A DNA stretch of 64,000 nucleotides from positions 78,358 to 142,357 of IMG/VR virus record IMGVR_UViG_3300012346_000561; one strand, written 5' to 3'. Below, piece after piece: positions 46,073 through 56,322 of the stretch. The notes under the pieces are model-generated. The model did not search any database. It was not told the DNA's origin and was given only the letters and a program-made list of their open reading frames with translations. The DNA comes from a virus. Its lineage: Duplodnaviria; Heunggongvirae; Uroviricota; Caudoviricetes. Position 1 is the first letter of the stretch. Every line of letters begins with the position of its first letter. The position numbers and the translations under genes are program-made.

Positions 46073-47367
46073 TATTCAATCTTTTTTAATTTTGGTAATT
46101 CTACTTTCTTTAGTTGTGGCAGCTTCAACTGTACTTGCTTAGGAAACTCAGGAATGTACTGTGACATAAGTGAATCTAGCGTTTCTACCATCTTTTCGTA
46201 AGAGAACTGTGTTCTGCTTCGGTGACCTTGTCTCTTGGCTAAGTCCTTGTACTTGTTGTAGTTTGCATAAACATCTTTCAATGCTTGACCTACTTGAATT
46301 GGATCTGCAGAGAACCATTGACTTTCTGTTAGTAACATATTCTTTATTGCAGCTGAAGGGTGTACATTTGTTAGATTTCCTCCTATGTACTTTACAAATT
46401 CATTATCCAAGAAATCAACATGACCTGACCAGAACGATGCTATGATTGGTTTGTTTACTAAACTGAACTCTAGTAATGGTCTTCCAAATCCTTCTCCTTT
46501 TGTTAGAGAGATCATTGCTTTTACTTTACCGTGATTGTATAATTCGTTTACCTCAGCATCAGTCATGTCACCATGAAGTAGGTAAATGTTTGGTAAGTCT
46601 CCTTTTACAGTGTTTCTTATTGCATCGATCTTATCCAACACAGCTTCTCTGTCCATGATAGATGTTCCTGATCCTGCTTGCACTTTTAGTATAAGTGCTG
46701 GTCTTTTTCCTTTAGGTTTATTTTTAAATGTTTCTAAGAAAGATTTAATAGTATATCCTATATTCTTTCTATCCTCTCCTAGATCTCCTGGCAGCCAGTG
46801 TCCTACTACTAAATAACAAAACATCTCATCTATTTCATCCAGTTGTAATTTTGTAGGCCAAGCTAATGGACCATACTTATTTACATCCACTCCTTCAAAT
46901 AAAACCTCTACTTTTGTCTGTAATTCAACTACACCTGTAACTTGTCCTGTTCTACTATCTTGCATGTTGAATTTAGAATCTTCAAACACTTTCTTAGCAT
47001 GTTGTGAAGATACTAACACCAAGTCCATATTGTTACATCCTTGAATCCAAGAAGGATCACAGATTGTAGTTTCAATTCCTGCCGTTACTCCAATGTTGTA
47101 CTTACCTACTTTTTGAAACTCATTAGGTACTGTAATCTGAATCCAGATGTCTGGTTGTTGAGTTATTTGTGTTGTAATTTTAGATGCCAATACTTCGTTA
47201 TTGTGATCTGCTAAGTATCCAAATCTAGTCCCTCCCCATCTTTGTGAAAGTATTTGGACATCATACTTATCTGTATCAATAATTGATTGCACAAAGTCTC
47301 TTGATCTTGCTCCGTATCCTGAGTAAGTGTCTATTGGACAGCTTACTACTACTGTTGGTTTGCTCAT
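46072..47367 (-). CDS. GT-B fold glycosyltransferase (GT4-like)
   Basis: EGFGRPLLEFSLVNKPIIAS = E-x7-E GT4 motif. Confidence 0.55.
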   Translation of the reverse strand: MSKPTVVVSCPIDTYSGYGARSRDFVQSIIDTDKYDVQILSQRWGGTRFGYLADHNNEVLASKITTQITQQPDIWIQITVPNEFQKVGKYNIGVTAGIETTICDPSWIQGCNNMDLVLVSSQHAKKVFEDSKFNMQDSRTGQVTGVVELQTKVEVLFEGVDVNKYGPLAWPTKLQLDEIDEMFCYLVVGHWLPGDLGEDRKNIGYTIKSFLETFKNKPKGKRPALILKVQAGSGTSIMDREAVLDKIDAIRNTVKGDLPNIYLLHGDMTDAEVNELYNHGKVKAMISLTKGEGFGRPLLEFSLVNKPIIASFWSGHVDFLDNEFVKYIGGNLTNVHPSAAIKNMLLTESQWFSADPIQVGQALKDVYANYNKYKDLAKRQGHRSRTQFSYEKMVETLDSLMSQYIPEFPKQVQLKLPQLKKVELPKLKKIE

Positions 47368-47369
47368 AA

Positions 47370-48818
47370 CTAATATGATAATTTATGTGTAATATATTTT
47401 CTAGGTCTGTCTGTAATTTTGTGTACTTCAAATCTTGCTCTAGGTTTGAATTTCTCAAATGTTAAGTCTATTGAACTAATAACATTTTCACACATCATTC
47501 TTGCTGACATTCCTGACTCATTAGACGTTACCCACTCTCTTGCTTTCATTCCTTTAGCATCTCTCTCTTCTTTACTCATGTAGTATGCTTTAGATAAAGC
47601 GTACGCTGCATCCTCTGGTCTACATCTGTCGTCAAAGATGTAAGGAGTTGGAACTGATCCTACTAATGAAATGTTTGATGGATAGATTGGAATAGCCCAC
47701 TCTCCATGGTTTGAGTATGTCCTTCTGTGGTTTGATGGGAAGTCTGAGGTGAAGTCGATCCACTTATCCTCTGTATCGTATGTAAATCTCATCTGATCTT
47801 GCATACCTCCTGTTACATTTGCAATGATCATTCTACCTGCCATCATAGCTTCTGTTAGAGATAATCCCCATCCTTCGTTCGATGATAGTAACATGTTAAC
47901 ATCTGAGATGTTGTAAAGAAGATTCATTTGAGGAGTATCCAATCTTTCTTGTGAGAAAAATACATTTACATACTCAGGGTCACATAGGGCTTCTCTTACA
48001 GCATATAGATCTGTACCATTCTCATCCACTGCTTGAGTATGCATCACAAGAGCACATCTCTTTGCCTTCTCAGGACCAATAACATCACAGAAGTATCTGT
48101 ACGCTAATACAACGTCTCCTGGAGACTTTCTTCTAATGTTTCTTGAATTGAATAGTACTACGAAGTCGATCTCTTTGTCTTTGAACATTGCTTTTTTGAA
48201 ATCTTGTAGTAGTGCAAAGTTCTCATGTCCCTCTCTAATTGGGAAGAAGTGTTCTTCATTTATTCCATGAGGAACATATGTAAGTACTTTGTCCTTTGCA
48301 GCTTCTCCTAATACAATCTCATTAATGTTCTTAGTCTGTTTTGAAATAGACATTAACAAGTCACAAGATTCGTAGTATGCTTTATTGTAAAGTGGAGTAG
48401 GATAGTCATCCCAAATGTTTAGGTATAGTAGAGGAATCTTATTTCTAACCTCTCTTTCAATTTCAAACAACCAAGTCCAATATCTTGGATCTGTAAAGAT
48501 AAAGATTGCATCTGGCTTTTCTTGAGCGATTAGTCCTCTGATCTGCATGGCATCTCCATAACCGTTGTTAGGTAAAACTCTTACCCAAGCATCTTCAATA
48601 CCTGCAAATTTGTTTACCTCTTGCGAGATATCAAATCCTTTTCCTGCTTCAGGGTGATTGATTGCTGCTCCTACATTGAGCCAATTGAAGTGGTGTGCTG
48701 TTCCTGTGACAATCTCTCTTGCCATAGTAGCGATACCGGAATGCATCCTAATATCATCGCATAACAGTAAGATCTTCTTACGATCTTCCTTTTTTACATA
48801 ACGAAATTTTTCTTTCAT
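47370..48818 (-). CDS. GT-B fold glycosyltransferase (GT4-like)
   Basis: NEGWGLSLTEAMMAGRMIIAN = EX7E motif. Confidence 0.6.
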   Translation of the reverse strand: MKEKFRYVKKEDRKKILLLCDDIRMHSGIATMAREIVTGTAHHFNWLNVGAAINHPEAGKGFDISQEVNKFAGIEDAWVRVLPNNGYGDAMQIRGLIAQEKPDAIFIFTDPRYWTWLFEIEREVRNKIPLLYLNIWDDYPTPLYNKAYYESCDLLMSISKQTKNINEIVLGEAAKDKVLTYVPHGINEEHFFPIREGHENFALLQDFKKAMFKDKEIDFVVLFNSRNIRRKSPGDVVLAYRYFCDVIGPEKAKRCALVMHTQAVDENGTDLYAVREALCDPEYVNVFFSQERLDTPQMNLLYNISDVNMLLSSNEGWGLSLTEAMMAGRMIIANVTGGMQDQMRFTYDTEDKWIDFTSDFPSNHRRTYSNHGEWAIPIYPSNISLVGSVPTPYIFDDRCRPEDAAYALSKAYYMSKEERDAKGMKAREWVTSNESGMSARMMCENVISSIDLTFEKFKPRARFEVHKITDRPRKYITHKLSY

Positions 48819-48822
48819 GTAA

Positions 48823-49005
48823 CTATTTTAATTTAATGTTTGTTTGTGTATGCAGCTTTTGCTTGAAGCTCTCTTCTGTAAGATACAAATAAATTGCTCT
48901 GTCTACAAGTTTTTGTAGAGAAAATTTATGTCGTACGCATTGTTCTTTAAATTCCTGTAGAAGATCCTCTTCTACTTTAACCGATGTTAGTTTTTTTGTA
49001 TTCAT
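48823..49005 (-). CDS. small hypothetical protein
   Basis: 60 aa. Confidence 0.3.
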   Translation of the reverse strand: MNTKKLTSVKVEEDLLQEFKEQCVRHKFSLQKLVDRAIYLYLTEESFKQKLHTQTNIKLK

Positions 49006-49045
49006 TGTTTATATAATTATATGTATATATAAATATACCTATATA

Positions 49046-49981
49046 TTAAAAAGTTGCAGTACAATGCTCTGTATCTTTGTATTCACAGAACATACAGTTT
49101 GACTTTGAAGGTTTCTTTTCATACTCCTTATCAATGTACTGTCCTTGCTTATCAAAGGCATCATCAATGAATTTAGAAAGTGCTGTTGTTGCTTGTCCTC
49201 TTTTAATCTTTCCTGAAGGAGGTACGAACTCTTGAACTCTCCTACCCATTGCTGGATACTCTGGATCAGCAGGAACCTTTCTCTTAACGATGAAGTACTT
49301 TACGTCTACCTTTTCTACATCGATGCTAAATTGTCTTGCCAGGAATTCTTTATAAAGAAGTAGCTGTGCTAGCTTTTTATCATCTTTCTTTGCATAAGCA
49401 CTCCATCCTGAGGTTGATGTTTTAATGTCAAAGATGATGTACTTATCATCCTGCTCATCATATAGTACGATGTCAATGTATCCTTTGAAGAAAACATTCT
49501 CAGCTATCTTATGAACTAATGGAATTTCTACTCCAACTAGCTTGTAATACTTGGTACCGAAGTAAATAGAACGTTTCTTACGAACGTACTCTAGAATTTC
49601 AATACCATCATTATGAAACTCAGAAAGCTCTTGAGATGTGGAGAAATGTTTTACGTATTTTTCTTTCTCTTGAGCATAGATTGTTTGAATCTTGTCGAAT
49701 AGGAGTGCATTTGAATCTATTTCATTTGAGTTCTTTACTGTTCCTTCATACAATTCTGTTAACCATTCCTGCATCACTTCGTGTACGGCTGTACCAAACA
49801 CTGTGTGAATAGAAGGTTTGTATTCTTGCAATCCTTTAACATACTTCAATGCCCATTGATGTGGACAGGTATTGTATGCCAAGGTTTGACTGTACGATAT
49901 TGATTTGCTGATGTTGTAGTCTATAACTGGATTGCAGAAGTCTCTTATCAGGCTTACCTGTTTAAGAACTTTTTTTGCCAT
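49046..49981 (-). CDS. PD-(D/E)XK nuclease, Cas4/RecB-like exonuclease
   Basis: GYIDIVLYDEQDDKYIIFDIKTS (D..E.K core); C-terminal Cys cluster CMFCEYKDTEHC suggesting Fe-S. Confidence 0.55.
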   Translation of the reverse strand: MAKKVLKQVSLIRDFCNPVIDYNISKSISYSQTLAYNTCPHQWALKYVKGLQEYKPSIHTVFGTAVHEVMQEWLTELYEGTVKNSNEIDSNALLFDKIQTIYAQEKEKYVKHFSTSQELSEFHNDGIEILEYVRKKRSIYFGTKYYKLVGVEIPLVHKIAENVFFKGYIDIVLYDEQDDKYIIFDIKTSTSGWSAYAKKDDKKLAQLLLYKEFLARQFSIDVEKVDVKYFIVKRKVPADPEYPAMGRRVQEFVPPSGKIKRGQATTALSKFIDDAFDKQGQYIDKEYEKKPSKSNCMFCEYKDTEHCTATF

Positions 49982-50231
49982 CTTTTAAGTTTTTGATTTC
50001 TCTTTCTAAGTACCACAAAGCTTTTTCAAGCTCCTGTACTGTAGCATCTTTCTTTCCAGCTCTAGCGATATACTTAATAGTATTGCCTAAACAGAATCCT
50101 AAGTTCCAGGCTTCAATAACTTTTATGGCTTCGTATGGATTATTCTTTCCTCCGTAGTGTTGAGGATGATTGACTAGTTCTTTCTTTGAACTTGGCTCGT
50201 CAATAGTAAAGATTGCTTCTCTATCATTCAT
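49962..50231 (-). CDS. hypothetical protein
   Basis: 89 aa. Confidence 0.35.
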   Translation of the reverse strand: MNDREAIFTIDEPSSKKELVNHPQHYGGKNNPYEAIKVIEAWNLGFCLGNTIKYIARAGKKDATVQELEKALWYLEREIKNLKDGKKSS

Positions 50232-50285
50232 AATAACATTTTTATATAACTATAATATAAGAAAAAAGACTTGAAAAAACAAGCC

Positions 50286-50687
50286 TTATTTTATAAGTAA
50301 TACTAATGAAGTTGCTATTCCTAGCATGGTACCTGCCTTCCAGCCAAAGTTGGACAGCCTGTAACTCTTTATTTCTTTTTGCAATTTACCAGATAACTCT
50401 TTTGATAACTCTAATTGATCTTTTTGAGTACCTATGATGAATTGATTGTTCTTATCTTTATCCTCTAAAAGTTTAATGATGGTATCTTTTTGAGTTTCTC
50501 TTGCTTCCAGTTTAATAACTTTTTCTTGAGTAAGTTTCAACTCTTCAGCACATCCATCCCCTTTAAGGATATCTTTTATAACAAGCTTTGCTACAGGTAC
50601 TTTAATTTGAACTTTTGTCGTATCTGTTTGCGAAAAACTGCTCAAGCTCGTTAGCAGTAAAACTGTCAACACTATTAACTTTTTCAT
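50286..50687 (-). CDS. secreted/lipoprotein, outer-spanin-like candidate
   Basis: signal MKKLIVLTVLLLTSLSSFSQ; overlaps upstream ORF in alternative frame. Confidence 0.4.
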   Translation of the reverse strand: MKKLIVLTVLLLTSLSSFSQTDTTKVQIKVPVAKLVIKDILKGDGCAEELKLTQEKVIKLEARETQKDTIIKLLEDKDKNNQFIIGTQKDQLELSKELSGKLQKEIKSYRLSNFGWKAGTMLGIATSLVLLIK

Positions 50688-50949
50688 TTGTTTGTTGTTT
50701 AATTATAGATATGTTATTATCTATGTGGTGAATTTCTTTTGTGATATTTACTACGTTCTCTTTTACAGAGTCAATTTTAGTATCAATATGGTTATTAACT
50801 ATTTGAGCTGAGTCTACTTTAGTCTGTAGAGAGTCAATTTTAGTTTCATAACTTTTTATATCAGTCTTAAGTCCGTTTGTAGTGAAGATATTATAACCTA
50901 CTAATACAAGAACAATTAATATAAGAATATTTTGTTTATTCTGCAACAT
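50602..50949 (-). CDS. N-terminal TM + coiled-coil protein, inner-spanin-like candidate
   Basis: TM ILILIVLVLVGYNIF then coiled coil; adjacent to holin/endolysin. Confidence 0.4.
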   Translation of the reverse strand: MLQNKQNILILIVLVLVGYNIFTTNGLKTDIKSYETKIDSLQTKVDSAQIVNNHIDTKIDSVKENVVNITKEIHHIDNNISIIKQQTNEKVNSVDSFTANELEQFFANRYDKSSN

Positions 50950-51361
50950 CTCTTTCTCCTTTATGTTTATCTAATCTATCTAAGATTTGAGTAAGTAATT
51001 CGTTTTTTACTATACCTACCATTGAGGCATTTTTTAAAATAGAGATTAACTGGAACACTAGGAAGGGAGCCATGATAGTCTCACTTAACCAACTTGTTCC
51101 AGTAAATCCTTTTTCTATTGTTAGGATTGCTGATAGCATTACTATCCAAAATCCAAACGTCTTTAGTACTTTAATAGCTTTGTTTGTGATAAATCCTTCT
51201 CTCTTAATTCCAGCCCATACGCCAAAGAACCCGTCAGCAAATATTACAAATGCTACTGAGAGGTACTGTTCGATGTTTTCTGCTGTTAGATTCATAAAGT
51301 ATGAACCTATAAATGCGCATGCTGTTGTCAATGATAATGTAATTAAAAGTGAAGTCTTCAT
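50936..51361 (-). CDS. holin-like membrane protein
   Basis: 141 aa, 3-4 predicted TM helices, immediately downstream of endolysin. Confidence 0.45.
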   Translation of the reverse strand: MKTSLLITLSLTTACAFIGSYFMNLTAENIEQYLSVAFVIFADGFFGVWAGIKREGFITNKAIKVLKTFGFWIVMLSAILTIEKGFTGTSWLSETIMAPFLVFQLISILKNASMVGIVKNELLTQILDRLDKHKGERDVAE

Positions 51362-51372
51362 CTTATAGTTTA

Positions 51373-51984
51373 CTATTTAACGTATTCGTAGTACTTTTTA
51401 GTTTTTTGGTTTCTATCCTCTAATCCGTGAGTACCACCGTTAATTCTTTTCGTAAGAGCTAAGATAGCTGCATCATTAATTCCTTGATCACAAATTGACC
51501 ACAATTTGTTTTTGTCAAAGAAGAACATTGCTGATTCAAAAGAATAAGTTGTTGCTACTAGGTCAGGGTTTGTCATGATTTCTGGTTTGTTTAAGTACTT
51601 AGCAAATGCTGCGTAGTTTTCTTTACCAGTTAATTGAAGAGCTCCTCTTCCTCTAAATTTGAAACCATCTCCTGATTTTTCGTCTCCGTTACCCATTCTT
51701 GATGCGTAAACTCTATTAGCAATTTTTTCAGGGTTTCTAGCGTAAGACTCTTCTAAGTTACCTGGGAAGTATTTTCCAAAGATCCCTTGAAGTCCTTGTG
51801 CTGAATAGTTTAAGTTTTCTGAGAATGCTTTAAATCCTCCTGTTTCGTGTGACGTTTGTGCAAAGAAGTGAGCCGCTCTAACTGGTGTTAGTTTGTAAAA
51901 CTCCATTGCTTTTTTCATTGTTCCAGGACCAAAAGCACCATCTGCTGCTACTCCGATCTTTTCTTGTAAACTTTTTAAGCTCAT
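51373..51984 (-). CDS. endolysin, GH19 (chitinase-like) lysozyme with N-terminal peptidoglycan-binding domain
   Basis: AHFFAQTSHETGGF is the GH19 catalytic signature; N-terminal LQEKIGVAADGAFGPGT PG-binding-like. Confidence 0.65.
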   Translation of the reverse strand: MSLKSLQEKIGVAADGAFGPGTMKKAMEFYKLTPVRAAHFFAQTSHETGGFKAFSENLNYSAQGLQGIFGKYFPGNLEESYARNPEKIANRVYASRMGNGDEKSGDGFKFRGRGALQLTGKENYAAFAKYLNKPEIMTNPDLVATTYSFESAMFFFDKNKLWSICDQGINDAAILALTKRINGGTHGLEDRNQKTKKYYEYVK

Positions 51985-51994
51985 AATCTAATTT

Positions 51995-52246
51995 TTATTC
52001 TTCGTTGTTTGATTTGTTTCCGCTCTTCATTGCTGCAAACTTCTCTAATACGTCTGGAAGGAATGAACCTAATGTGATGTACATGAATGCATCAAAGATG
52101 TACTCGTTTAATTCTAATGCTTTACCCATGTACCCTGTGATAAGGTCTACTGCAATTGCAATAACCATTACCATGAACGACATGAATCCAATTACAACTT
52201 TTTCGTTATAATCATTTGATTTTTTAAAAATGCTGAAAAATCCCAT
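51995..52246 (-). CDS. small membrane protein (start revised to internal ATG)
   Basis: track ORF to 52336 starts at TTG inside terminator A-run; ATG at 52244-52246 (MGFFSIFKK) preceded by AGTTGCACAT -33-like element. Confidence 0.4.
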   Translation of the reverse strand: MGFFSIFKKSNDYNEKVVIGFMSFMVMVIAIAVDLITGYMGKALELNEYIFDAFMYITLGSFLPDVLEKFAAMKSGNKSNNEE

Positions 52247-52333
52247 AAAATATTTTTTTAAGTTAATTAATGTGCAACTAATTGACAATAACATCTTTTT
52301 ATAATAACTTATTTGATTTATAATAAATAGGCA

Positions 52334-52360
52334 CAAAAAAAGAGGCCGAATGGCCTCTTA
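52334..52360 (-). terminator. rho-independent terminator (minus strand)
   Basis: 7-bp stem AGAGGCC-gaat-GGCCTCT (52342-52359) followed on the minus strand by a 7-U run (A-run 52335-52341). Confidence 0.6.
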
Positions 52361-52385
52361 CAATTTTTAATCAAAGTCTAGCAGA

Positions 52386-52616
52386 TTACTCCTTATTAAG
52401 GGTTTTCAACTCCTTAGGCAAGAACTCAGTGTTAACATGGCCGCAGGCCTTGCACGCAAATACTGGTATTGGCATGTATGTTGTTTGTCCTGTTCCTGTC
52501 AAAAGGCCCGATGCCTTTCTAATGTGTACTGCTTCTTCGAAGAACGTGTGGTTGCACTTCTCACATTCCACCGGAAGTGTTTGATCAATCGATAGATTCA
52601 TTCTTGGTTGTTCCAT
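52386..52616 (-). CDS. zinc-ribbon hypothetical protein
   Basis: 76 aa; CEKC...CKAC. Confidence 0.4.
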   Translation of the reverse strand: MEQPRMNLSIDQTLPVECEKCNHTFFEEAVHIRKASGLLTGTGQTTYMPIPVFACKACGHVNTEFLPKELKTLNKE

Positions 52617-52618
52617 GT

Positions 52619-52885
52619 TTATTTAATTTTATTACAAAGTTCGTCTACCTTAACAACATCTGCTGCTATTTGAAATACGGCGCTTGGAGTTAAGTTTGGT
52701 CCTTGTTTTGAAATCTCAAGCACCTTGTTGAGTAATTCTTGCACCAAGTCTGCTGTAGTAGCGGCTTGCATTATCTCGCAAATAACTTGTGTACTTGCTT
52801 GATTTGCATAAATGGTGTTAAGTCGGTCATTACTTATACGCCCTTGCTCTACTAAGTCATGGTATTTTGCTACTGAATCTGACAT
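52619..52885 (-). CDS. hypothetical protein
   Basis: 88 aa. Confidence 0.4.
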   Translation of the reverse strand: MSDSVAKYHDLVEQGRISNDRLNTIYANQASTQVICEIMQAATTADLVQELLNKVLEISKQGPNLTPSAVFQIAADVVKVDELCNKIK

Positions 52886-52888
52886 GTG

Positions 52889-53218
52889 TTATTTTTTCTT
52901 AGGGTAGTACTTTCTTTTTTTCTTTGGCTTGTCAATAGGAAACTCTGACTTTGTTTCTTTTTTAACTTCCTCTACTGCTTTAGTAGGTTCCGACACTACT
53001 TGCTTTGGTTGTTTAGGTGCTTTCTTTGCTACAACTGGACGTAGGTCTTTGTTGTACAATTCTTGTGCTAGTTCTACTACTTCTTGTGCTTGTTCGTTGT
53101 CGTAGTAGTCTTTGGTCATCTCCTCTAACGTAGGATGATTTTTTGTCATGTAGTACCCAATTGCTGCTGCTCCTGCTACTATAACGACAATTAGGATGAT
53201 AACTTCAATTCCTGTCAT
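52889..53218 (-). CDS. membrane-anchored Lys/Pro-rich protein
   Basis: N-terminal TM VIILIVVIVAGAAAIGYY; conserved 18-mer ~45 nt upstream. Confidence 0.4.
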   Translation of the reverse strand: MTGIEVIILIVVIVAGAAAIGYYMTKNHPTLEEMTKDYYDNEQAQEVVELAQELYNKDLRPVVAKKAPKQPKQVVSEPTKAVEEVKKETKSEFPIDKPKKKRKYYPKKK

Positions 53219-53259
53219 GATAATTTGTTGTTAGGCCCACTCCGCAGGGGGTGGGATGG

Positions 53260-53277
53260 TTGTTAAAATTTGCGCGT
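53260..53277 (-). promoter_or_regulatory. conserved 18-mer TTGTTAAAATTTGCGCGT (copy 2)
   Basis: exact copy; upstream of 52889..53218, between two GC-rich hairpins (53236-53255 CCCACTCC-gcag-GGGGTGGG; 53291-53328 GAGGGAGGAG..CTCCTCCTCTC). Confidence 0.4.
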
Positions 53278-53332
53278 GCCAACTTCGTTGAGGGAGGAGA
53301 CGCCACGCCACGCTCCTCCTCTCGACCAAGTC

Positions 53333-53506
53333 TTACTTCTGCTTTGATTCGTCTGTCGAAGCTTTTCTATACTCTGTGATTAATTTCTTAACCTCTCCAA
53401 TTGCCTTACGGGCATTGGCTTGTGACTTTTTAGTCGTACCGTTGTGCTGTGCTACAAATTCTTGATACAACCCGTCAATCTTTTCGAATAACTCTTGTTT
53501 GTTCAT
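53333..53506 (-). CDS. histone H1-like (Hc1-type) small basic DNA-binding protein, 57 aa (not in ORF track)
   Basis: MNKQELFEKIDGLYQEFVAQHNGTTKKSQANARKAIGEVKKLITEYRKASTDESKQK; KSxANARKA...KKL..EYRKAS pattern typical of Bacteroidetes histone-H1-like proteins. Confidence 0.45.
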   Translation of the reverse strand: MNKQELFEKIDGLYQEFVAQHNGTTKKSQANARKAIGEVKKLITEYRKASTDESKQK

Positions 53507-53528
53507 TTCGTTTGATTTTAAATTAATA

Positions 53529-55471
<1,943 letters not shown>

Positions 55472-55545
55472 AAAACTAATTTACTTTTTTGATTATTATT
55501 TAATATAGTAAGAAAAAATTAAAGATGCAACTCTAGGGCAGAGTA

Positions 55546-55947
55546 TTATTTTATCTTAATTGTTTTAGGTTTAGCTTCTTCCGATATTGGTATAAAGATT
55601 TCTAATAATCCATTCTCCAATTTAGCTTCTACTTTACGTAGATTAAATTTAGATGAAATTTTGTAACCTAGATTGAAAGATCTCTTTGCTAATCCTCTGT
55701 GAATTGTTCCTGGGTGAATTTCTTCTGGTTCTTTTTCGTAACTAATTTTTAAAACATCTTCTTCGATGTTTACATTTACATCTTCCTTTGTAAGACCTGT
55801 ACAAGCTACTTCGAAGAATAGTCCTGTCTCGTCATGAAAAATGTTTAAAGGGTGTGGTTGTTTTGCCTGAACAGCTGATAAGAATCCGCTGGTTGGTTGA
55901 AAGAAATTGTGGAATAGAATATCCCATTCGTTGAATTGTGTACTCAT
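55546..55947 (-). CDS. small heat-shock protein, Hsp20/alpha-crystallin family
   Basis: 133 aa; alpha-crystallin domain (…FEVACTGLTKEDVNVNIEEDVLKISYEKE…GLLEIFIP). Confidence 0.75.
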   Translation of the reverse strand: MSTQFNEWDILFHNFFQPTSGFLSAVQAKQPHPLNIFHDETGLFFEVACTGLTKEDVNVNIEEDVLKISYEKEPEEIHPGTIHRGLAKRSFNLGYKISSKFNLRKVEAKLENGLLEIFIPISEEAKPKTIKIK

Positions 55948-56045
55948 TTGATTTACGTTTTGTGAGTGCCTAAGCTACTCAATTAATAAATAATTTTAAA
56001 TATAACTAACTCGCCCTAGAGTCGATCTTTATGTTGTAATTGTTA

Positions 56046-56279
56046 TTACTGGTATGCTACAAACGATCCAGTTGCTTTAATTGCTGAGAATTTTACTGGG
56101 ATGTTTGTTCCTGCTGCTATTGTCATTTTAGGACTTAGTGTTGTCATTCCACTACCACTTACTCCCCACGCAATTGCATCTACTGTTGTAGTTTGTGTTG
56201 CTATAAGACCTCTATAGTCTGTTCCTAATACTGTTGTGCTTCCTGAGTAAAATACTGCAGTGTTATTTGATGGTACCAT
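56046..56279 (-). CDS. hypothetical protein
   Basis: 77 aa. Confidence 0.35.
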   Translation of the reverse strand: MVPSNNTAVFYSGSTTVLGTDYRGLIATQTTTVDAIAWGVSGSGMTTLSPKMTIAAGTNIPVKFSAIKATGSFVAYQ

Positions 56280-56322
56280 ATTGTTATTATTGTGCTTTTA
56301 TATAAATAGGGCAGATGGACAA

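Noticed and set aside
55528-56021. 10-bp inverted repeat (ACTCTAGGGC / GCCCTAGAGT) flanking the Hsp20 gene as possible mobile-element ends
   Set aside because: A 10-bp IR within 500 bp is expected tens of times by chance in 64 kb; no target-site duplication or transposase.
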